This document shows positions 55,243-64,000 of a stretch of 64,000 nucleotides of DNA, one piece after another (positions within the stretch are counted from its first letter, which is position 1; every line of letters starts with the position of its first letter). Made by a program: the position numbers and the translations under genes. Origin of the DNA: Octopus vulgaris (taxonomy: Eukaryota); NCBI GenBank assembly GCA_951406725.2, contig OX597815.1, positions 47,306,001 through 47,370,000 on the forward strand, read 5' to 3'. The notes under the pieces were generated by a model. The model was not told the DNA's origin. It was given only the letters and a program-made list of their open reading frames with translations, and made no database searches.

Positions 55243-55490
55243 TGTGTGTGTGCATGTATCTATCTATGTGTATATATAATGTATGTATATATTTGTGTAT
55301 GTCTGTGCTTGTCACCCCATCATCGCCTAACAACCGATGTTTGTGTGTTTACGTACCTGAAACTTAGCGGTTCGGCAAAAGAGACCGATAGAATAAGCAC
55401 TAGGCTTACAAAGAATAAGTCCTGGGTTCGATTTGTTCGACAAAAGGCGGTGTTCCAGCATCGCCGCAGTCAACAGAAACAATTAATAGA
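54760..55490. mobile_element. Two CORE-type SINE copies (54760-55000 minus; 55020-55490 plus)
   Basis: Similarity to the SINE consensus. Confidence 0.8.
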
Positions 55491-55512
55491 AACAGACATC
55501 ATATATATATAC

Positions 55513-55581
<69 letters not shown>

Positions 55582-57179
55582 TGTGTGTGTTTGTGTGTGT
55601 GTTTGTGTGTGTCTGTGTGTGTATGCATGTATGTACATTCTTTCTCCCATTCAGGCGCAGGACAAAATATTTTGTGTTTTTTGTTTTCGTCGTGTACAAT
55701 ATATGCACACGTCACCCCTACTGGAACTTTCTGGACTAACTTTCTCTCAACTCAGTTGTAGGGTGATATGATCAATATACTCGTAACAAATGCCAAATCC
55801 TTGTCCATGCGGATACCTTCCCTAAACTAGATCCCAAGCATCGTAACAGGAGCGCTAGTCCATCGACTCACGGTGCTGGCCGGTGTAGTTTTGATTTCCG
55901 ATTTAAGCCTACCGACTCGCTGTTGTTAATACATTTTATACCCCTTAATCGATTTCTGTTGTGTTTGATACTACTACCGCGACGTCGTCTGCGTGTCCCG
56001 ATCCGGCTCACTCACGTTCCAGTTCGAGTGCAATGCTCTACATCATATCTTGCTCCCACAGCGATAGCTCAGAGCCAAGTCGTTTAGATACAATGATAGA
56101 GGGCACTCTTCATAGAACTAGAGCATGATTTAAAAAACCATCCCGATAATTATCATTTAGTATCGCGACTGAGCTAATGCTGCTGTACACTGACATGATG
56201 AACCAAGATCTGGAATCGGAAATGAAACCATCTAGATTAATATCAGCTGCTAAGTAAGTACGATCGACCTCATAATGTAGTAAAATTTTTTTGGAGATTT
56301 ATATATTTACACAAACGTTGTAGATTTATCTATTTACAAATACAAAATGTGATATTAAGCTCAAAAATACCGAAGCAGAAAACAAAATATATGAACACAA
56401 AGAGTATTTGTTTTATCTTAACAGATGAATAAATGAATAGACAAGGGAGAGAATATTTGAATATATGATATACTAAAGAGAGAGGAAGCAATAATTAGAA
56501 GGTTGAGAATATATAATGAAACATGGAAGGAAGATTTCCTTGACATTTTTGAACAAAGAAATAGAAGCGCGATTGAAAAATGCATGAGATCATAATTAGG
56601 AAGATTCAAATCGAAAATAACAATTTGTGAAGAGAAAACGATAATAAATCAGAACGAAAGACAAATGGAGATTGTCAATATAAAGATGTGATATTATAAG
56701 GAAGACACTTGGTGGCAGACAAGTGGAAGGGAATGGTAGAGAAAGGTGGAATCGCAAAAAAAGAATAGGTTTCGTTTAAGAGAAATGGTATCTTGATGAC
56801 AGAAATTTGTAGGAATGAGTACTTGTGAGAAAGAATCAAATAGTGAAACTATGATAGAGAGATAGAAATTGAGTAATTACTTCGTTGAGCGCCCTCACAC
56901 ATATTCGCTACCGCAGTACCAATCCCAAGGGGCTGGTTTTACCCACACTGGAAAGAACATGCCTAATCAGAAGATTATAGTTACCCGTTATAAAAGGTAC
57001 TGTAAAAATGTGTGAAACATTCATCAAGTTTGTAATAAAATTCTCATGTGCAATGCCAATCATACTCGTTCACATATGTATATACATACAATGATACACA
57101 CACACACACAGACATACACACACACGTTCTCGCATACATAATGACACAAAGACACAGGCAGACACACATGCACGTGTGT

Positions 57180-57277
<98 letters not shown>

Positions 57278-57604
57278 ACGAAAGAGAGTTGTTGCTCAGG
57301 GAGTGATAATCGTTTCTAAGTATATCCTTCTTTTCTCTTTGGAAAATGTTTTCCAAAGAGTGAAAAGAGATAGAAGAGCACACCTCCTATTGCATATAAT
57401 TCTTTTATTATTATTCTTTATTATTATCATAGTAGCCGTGTATGATATCATTTCCTCCTCATTTGGAATCTTAAGCAAGCACTACTTGAAATTTTCGAAT
57501 TATTTTATCAAAGTTAATTTGTAAAGAACTAAAGTTAAAGTTAACGACGATCGGTTTTTCCTTTATTACAGTGTAGAGTTATATATGAATATATATATAT
57601 ATAT

Positions 57605-57645
57605 AGATAGACTGATAAACAGACAGACTGACAGACAGATAGATG

Positions 57646-57719
<74 letters not shown>

Positions 57720-57792
57720 AAGATAGATAGGTAAATAATTAGGTAGATAGATGGATAGATAGGGAGATAGATAGACAGACAGGCAGATAGAC

Positions 57793-57868
<76 letters not shown>
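57605..57868. repeat. (GATA)n/(GACA)n microsatellite
   Basis: Direct reading. Confidence 0.97.
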
Positions 57869-57870
<2 letters not shown>

Positions 57871-58504
57871 GAGAGAAACATTCATATCTTATGCAGAAGC
57901 TTATGAAATTCAAATATAAAGACAGGACGACATAACATACGCATAAACAGACGAGAGAAAGAAGTCGATTGAACAAAACAAAGTAAAAAACAACATAGAA
58001 AAATGAAGACACAAATAAACAAGAAGATAAATAAGGAAACAATATAGGTGAAACGGTGCAAAGAGAAATCCGATGGGTATCACTGATCATGCAAAATGCT
58101 AATAGATACGGATAAATGTATTTGGCGAAGACTGAAAGGTAGCCATATTGAAAATGATTAGGACGGCATTGTGGATGATAACAAGATTGTGCTTGGTATT
58201 TTTACACACCGTTTGTAGAAATGTTACTCCGAACTCGGCGGATACCGCCCAGCATATTGAAGGCAATTATGCAAATTTTCACAGTATAGGAATGATGTGA
58301 TCTTAAAGGAAAATGTCTATGGAATATCGATGCTGTTATTTCATGTCTTTATCAGTGAATATTAGAGAAATTTTGATTGCTGCAATAAGGTTATTATGGT
58401 GGTCAGAAATACAACAATCTCTCTCTCTCTGTATCTGTTTGTTTGACTCTCTCTCTCTCTCTCTCTCTTCACCTTCCCTATTCCTCTCTCTATATATGAT
58501 ATAT

Positions 58505-58720
58505 TCTTTCTTTTATTCTTTTAATTGTTTCAGTCATTTGACTGCGGCCATGCTGGAGCATCGCCTTTAGTCGTGAAAATCGACCCCACGACTTATTTTT
58601 TGTAACCCTAGTACTTATTCTATCGGTCTCTTTGCCGAACCGCTAAGTTACGGGGAACGTATACACACCAGCATCGGTTGTCAAGCAATGTTGGAGGGAC
58701 AAGCACAAACACACAAACGT
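58505..58720 (-). mobile_element. 3' half of CORE-type SINE
   Basis: Reverse complement of the SINE tail. Confidence 0.85.
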
Positions 58721-58758
58721 ATATGCACACATGCATACACACACGCACGCACACACAC

Positions 58759-58819
<61 letters not shown>

Positions 58820-58852
58820 TAAACACACATACACACACACATATACTGATAC

Positions 58853-59499
58853 ATAATTTCATGCCTTTAACGATAAGACTAGGAACTTCGTATATCGGCG
58901 GTACGCGCCGAATTTGCGGAGTATCAGGGCATGAGCAAAAAAATTGGGTGGATGTACGAAAGTAAACAACAGGAATTTGAAACGATAGACAAAGACAATA
59001 AATAAATAAATAGATAAATAAATAAATGAATAAATAGAGCCATGGAGCCAAAAATGAGAATGATGGATTAACACCTGCGAGAAATCCTCAAATGGATTTA
59101 AAGAACAGAACTGAGAAGAGAAAAAAATGTTTGACCAGTACATTAGGCTTCCAGCGGCAAAAAGTCAGAAGATACAAAAGCAGTCACTGGTCACGTGTAG
59201 GTAGCAGATAGAAGGGGACAAGAGGAAAAGAGTGACAGAGAGAGAGGGGGGAGAGGAGGAGAGGGAGAAAAGGGGAAGAAACGGAGAAAGTCTACAATTA
59301 AGTGTAAGAAGATGAGAGAGAGGGAAGGGGGAAGTTGACTTGCTAGAAAACGAATATTAAGACGAAAGAGAAAGAAGGTAAAAGTCGCAAAAATGTATAC
59401 AAGCTTACCTTTAACAAAAGTCGGGATACGTGGGGTTCAGTTCATCCATAAATGAAAAATGCATTAAATACTACAAAACGTACACGTAGTACAGACACT
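58853..59499 (-). mobile_element. Diverged, circularly permuted monomer of the 627-bp unit at 1481-2339
   Basis: AATTTCATGCCTTTAACGATAAGACT...AAAGTCTACA.TTAAGTG...AAAAGTCGGGAT.CGTGG...ACAAAACGTACACG..G.ACAGACAC collinear with 1635-2214. Confidence 0.85.
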
Positions 59500-60022
59500 A
59501 ACTAGAACCTCAATATCCCAATAAACAGAAACTGAAAGAAGCCCGTCACATACATATACATATACATAACAAAACTATGAAACTTCGTTTCGGCAGGACT
59601 GTTTTGTGACTCACGTGGTAGGATTTTGGAGGGAAATACGAATTCGCTTGTCTATATAAATGTGGATATGCTAGTGGACTTTTGTATCTTTCGATGACGC
59701 TTGATAGAAGGTATAAGAGGTAAGTTTTTCCTAGCATTTCTAGATTTATGGGAAATATCATGTTGATAAGGAAATGAACTTTACGATTCTAATCCAGAAA
59801 CGTGCGTCCATAATTAATCCGTAGACTGTGTGGTTTCGTTGTTTTTCTTCTTCTTTTGCCATATGTGAGTTACAAATATTGTGGTTTGTGGAGACTTATT
59901 TTTGTAGTAAAAGAAATAGTAGTCCTTTGACTGTTATTTCTAATATTTTCGGTATGTGGTTTAAGCAACTTGTTGCAAAAAACCCTTATTGTTATATATA
60001 TACATATGTATATATGCATATA

Positions 60023-60054
<32 letters not shown>

Positions 60055-60068
60055 CATATATATATACA

Positions 60069-60122
<54 letters not shown>

Positions 60123-60125
60123 TAT

Positions 60126-60613
60126 GAAATTACATGCTGTTGAAAACACTCTTTTATCTACCGTCAATATAAATCGTACTATATATGTGTGTGTGTGTGT
60201 ATATAGTCTTTTATTTGTTCCAGTTATTTGACTGTGGCCATGCTGGAGCACCACTTTTAGTCGAACAAATCGACCCCAGGATTTCTTCTTTGTAAGCCTA
60301 GTACTATATATATATCTGTATGTGTTTGTGTATTTGTGTTTGCCCCCCCCCCCCCATCACTTGACAACCGATGTTGGTGTGTTAACGTCTCAGTAACTCA
60401 GCAGTTCGGCAAAATAAACTGACAGAAGAAGTACTAGGCTTACAAAGAAGAAATCCTGGGGTCGATTTGTTCGACTAAAAGTGGTGCTCCAGCATGGCCG
60501 CAGTCAAATAACTGGAACAAATAAAAGACTATATACACACACACACATATATAGTACAATTTAAATTTATATTGACGGTAGATAAAAGAGTGTTTTCAAC
60601 AGCATGTAATTTC
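60126..60613. repeat. Inverted duplication of a SINE 3' end plus flank (arms 60126-60305 and 60430-60613)
   Basis: Arms are near-perfect reverse complements and share private SINE variants (AAAAGTGGTG, AATAACTGGAAC). Confidence 0.93.
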
Positions 60614-61169
60614 CCGTATATCCAAATAAGGAACAAACAAAAAAAGAGAGAATAAGACTCATATTTTAGTGCACAATTCACTTGGTTGGAATGCGCAGAA
60701 TGGTATGTCCCTGCTTGCATATGGAAAACAAAAGAAGATTTTACAATGCAATTGGATTATATAATTTACATTACATAAAGAACATTCTTTGTTAATCAAA
60801 TGCAGGAAAGATTATGTAACCAAATATTTTAGAAAGAAACTAGTCTTCTTGTTATATGTATGAGTGTGTGTATGTGCACGCGTGCGCCTGTCTGCGTGTA
60901 TGTATACTTGTGTATATGTCTGCATATGAGACTACATCACAAGTTATTGCACAAACAAAGAACAAAAAGTGTACTCAATACCCATTGCAAAGTTATATTT
61001 ATTGCAAGATGAAAATCTCCGTAACTTTTACTCCGTGTTTCCCCAGTACACAGTAACTAAACTCGCACTGCTACAGAAGTTTTCATCCCTCCTCCGTTCT
61101 CTCTCTCTCTCTCTCTTTCTCTTTACATGCGCGCTCGCACACACATATACTTTGATAGGTTTCGGCCAG

Positions 61170-61659
61170 TATTGACCGTGGCCATGTCTATCTTAATAGC
61201 ACCACGTGACCATCGGCCATCTTTCTTTTCCTCACGTGACCATCTTTCTTTCCTGCACGGACTTCTCCTATATCTCTCTTCTATCTTTTCTCTTTTCAAA
61301 GAAAATATTTCTCTCAGCCTTCACTGCTTTCCTCTCGTTCGGGTCTAACGATACTCCATGCTTGTTTTCGTTCGGTTTCCCTGTATATCTCCATTGTCCT
61401 GTTCTTGTTCTTAACTTTGCCCCTCCATAAATCCAAAATTTTATTTTGGTATTTATGGGAGCAACTGTCTTCGAAGACTCATATTGTCGTTGATTGATCG
61501 AAATGGGGAGTAGATAGACAGCCGACAACTGATGAAGGGTCGTTCTGTGTAATCTTTGTATTACTTGTATTGTTCTCCATTTTTAAATCGTTATTTCTGT
61601 ATTTAACTCATTTGTTTTTTCGGATGTCATGTTGTTACTGTTGGCGACGTCCTGTACCA

Positions 61660-61660
<1 letters not shown>
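61170..61660 (+). mobile_element. Penelope pLTR-like fragment with permuted HHR-like motif at 61477-61541
   Basis: CACGTGACC boxes, CT-rich body, then ACUCA-UA-UUGUCG-uugauuGAUC-GAAA-UGGGG-(14 nt)-CGACAA-CUGAUGA-AGGGUC, T-rich tail ending GTCCTGTACC, then (TA)n. Confidence 0.6.
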
Positions 61661-61699
<39 letters not shown>

Positions 61700-61707
61700 G
61701 TGTGTGC

Positions 61708-61750
<43 letters not shown>

Positions 61751-63228
61751 AAGTATTAGGGTTCTGGTGGCTGTCCTACGTGTACATTTTCATATATATA
61801 TATATATATATATACAAAAATTCTATAATTATGAGTATAATTATAACTAGGGTTCAGCAAAATTTGCTCCACCACATACCGAAAATTAGAAATAGCAACT
61901 AAACTACTATTTCACTAACGATCCTGCTGTACTCTTTCTGTACTTTTTCTTCAGCGGGGCCGCCTCATTTGAAGGCTAAAACAATGCGAATCGCATTGTG
62001 ACCAACGATGTGCAGCAACATCTGATAGCCTGGTCGGTCACGGTGAATCACGGTAAATATATATATATACTAGCCACCGAACTTAAACTTTCCCTGGTAT
62101 AATAATACCTAAAACGCTAATAATCACATGAATTAGCTATATTTTCATGTTTTGAAGAAATTGCTTTAAAAAAGTCCTGACAATCTTCAATTCGGTCGGG
62201 AATACTAATGAATTCAGAACTATTGCAACCAAAGAATTCGGAAGCTGGTTCGACTTGGTCTTCATAAAATTGCACAGAAAAGAGAAATTAAAATACTTAG
62301 ACTCTGAAATATAATTTGACGTTTTGTCATTTTTTCTAAAAATATGCCCATACCCATTTCTTTTAAAATATAAAATACTGTACTAATTTATATAAACGTA
62401 TTACTTTTTTTTTATCAGTAACCGTCTGCACTATCTATTGCAGCGCTTGGGGTTATTCAATATGTTTTGTGTTGCCTAAGAATATGGAAAGAATTTGAAA
62501 AATGTTCCATAAATCAGAGATGTTCATTTGGAAAAGATATTCGTCTATCATAAACTTTCTGTTATCTCGATGAAAAATTTGTCTTGAAGCTTTGGCTACA
62601 AACATATATTCATCTTACAGACACACACACACACACACACAAACGTCATGCTTATTATAAGCTCATACAGAGAGAGAGAGTGGAGGAATATAAAGCTAAT
62701 TGCGTTTCTGCCAGTTTAATTTGTAGTAGAAATCATAAACAAAAAGAGTGACAACTGAATAGACAACTAGATAGAACTATGGGGCACGATGTAAGAGGAA
62801 AGAGAAGGAGGACAGAAAGAAAGAAAAAAGGATGGAAGGAAGTAAGAATGAAAATAAGAAAGAATAAGGAAAGGCTAAAAGAAAGAAAGAAGTAAAGGAA
62901 TTAGATGTCTCAGAAGTTTTCAGAAAAGAATAGAGCGTGTGAGATGATGTTTGGTTTTATCTATGAAACAACTATGAAATGTTAAGACAATTTAATTAAA
63001 AGTAATTCATAGTTTATTTAATACTGAACAATACATATAATTAATGCATCGTCCATAGCAACAACAATATGAATAGGTAATTAATATTCTGTTTTGTTTG
63101 TTTCTTTTTTTGCGTGTGTTTATTCTTTGCTCAATTATTGTTTACTTTGACTTGTCACATAACCTTATAACTTTTTAAGACTATAGCTCAAAACGGGAAG
63201 TATTTCTTAATTCTTTTTAGTTGCCATA

Positions 63229-63528
63229 TCTTTATATATAAAACTGAAGTTGTGTGAGTGTCTGTTTCCTACGATTTAGATTCCTAACTACTTCCACATT
63301 TTGCGGTGCAGTTTAACTAAAAGCGGGTATCTTATAGTCGTGATTCATATCGAGCCCTTCTTGGTATTAGCGCGCGTCTACGATGAGTCTACGATTTTTT
63401 AAAAATTACCATCATTTTTCCCCATTTTTAATGCATTTTTTGTTATTATATAAGGGAAGTAACTCTCTAAAAATGCTTATATAGTTATTTCCCTTACAAA
63501 CCCGAGCAACGCCGGGCGATACTGCTAG
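63229..63528 (+). mobile_element. Complete non-autonomous Helitron (300 bp)
   Basis: A|TCTTTATATATAAAA 5' end; subterminal hairpin CCCGAGCAACGCCGGG; 3' CTAG|T. Confidence 0.88.
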
Positions 63529-63529
63529 T

Positions 63530-64000
63530 CCAGTATGTAGGATATAGGTGATCGTGAACCTGCCACAATTCTCTGTTCTTTGTTTTCTGTAGCACTTCCA
63601 ATTCCTGATGTTTTATGCTTCTTTCTTCCAACCAGTTCGTCAAGCTTGAATCCATATCATCCTTCTCCTTCTGCTTCCTTTCTCTTCAATCTTACCGGTC
63701 GGTACTAAATTCCCTTATCACCTGGCCAATAATTCTCAGTTGCTTGGCCCTTATTTCACCAAGCAATTTCCTGTTTACCACAGCCCGAGTCACCACTTCT
63801 TCATTAGACACTTTGTCCGCACTGTCCTCAATATTCTCCTTAAGAACCATTTTTCACAGCCCATCAAGCACGCCCTCATTCCTAAAATTGGTTACAATAT
63901 AGGCTCTGCAAGATTTGAGGTCTTTCTCATGTAGATCTAGGTTACTGAGTTCTTCAAGTACCACATCGGGTCTTACTTTATCGAAGGCCTTTGAATAATC
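63530..64000 (-). pseudogene. RTE-clade LINE fragment (RT motif joined to C-terminal region by deletion)
   Basis: DYSKAFDKV..LEELSNLDLHEKDL; WFLRRILR..KVSNEEVV..LLGEIRAKQLRIIGQVIR; ELEVLQKTKNRELW. Confidence 0.82.

Noticed and set aside
59570-59990. Possible HHR (GCC-GAAA-CG on the minus strand) in a pLTR-like fragment with a short inverted homologue at 61850-61915
   Set aside because: No recognisable CUGANGA or stem I; too decayed to call.
62069-62660. Possible minus-strand Helitron (ACTAG ... (CA)n ... TTATTATAAG)
   Set aside because: No clear subterminal hairpin or TC 5' end.

Overview
AT-rich, microsatellite-saturated eukaryotic DNA. The SINE families suggest an octopus or other cephalopod genome (inference). 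No intact protein-coding gene is visible; almost all ORFs in the track are translations of (TA)n/(TG)n/(GATA)n repeats. Two short candidate host exons (3793-3856, 28669-28750) may belong to one + strand gene with very large introns. The rest is a mosaic of mobile DNA: CORE-type and Meta/MESC-type tRNA SINEs, a full-length but dead mariner, Tc1/DD41D/maT remnants, a complete non-autonomous Helitron, and LINE and Gypsy fragments. A decayed Penelope-like RT + GIY-YIG ORF lies at 22.9-24.0 kb. The most striking signal is a dense set of hammerhead-ribozyme (HHR) motifs in Penelope-like terminal-repeat remnants, mostly next to (TA)n tracts. Several are near-intact type I HHRs, two of them at the ends of a 3.6-kb fold-back element. 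There is also a recurrent motif in which the three HHR core strands occur in reversed cyclic order (NUH, then GAAA, then CUGAUGA), with stems that covary across three divergent repeat families. This is a candidate pseudoknotted/permuted hammerhead. All folds were done by eye and no activity is shown.
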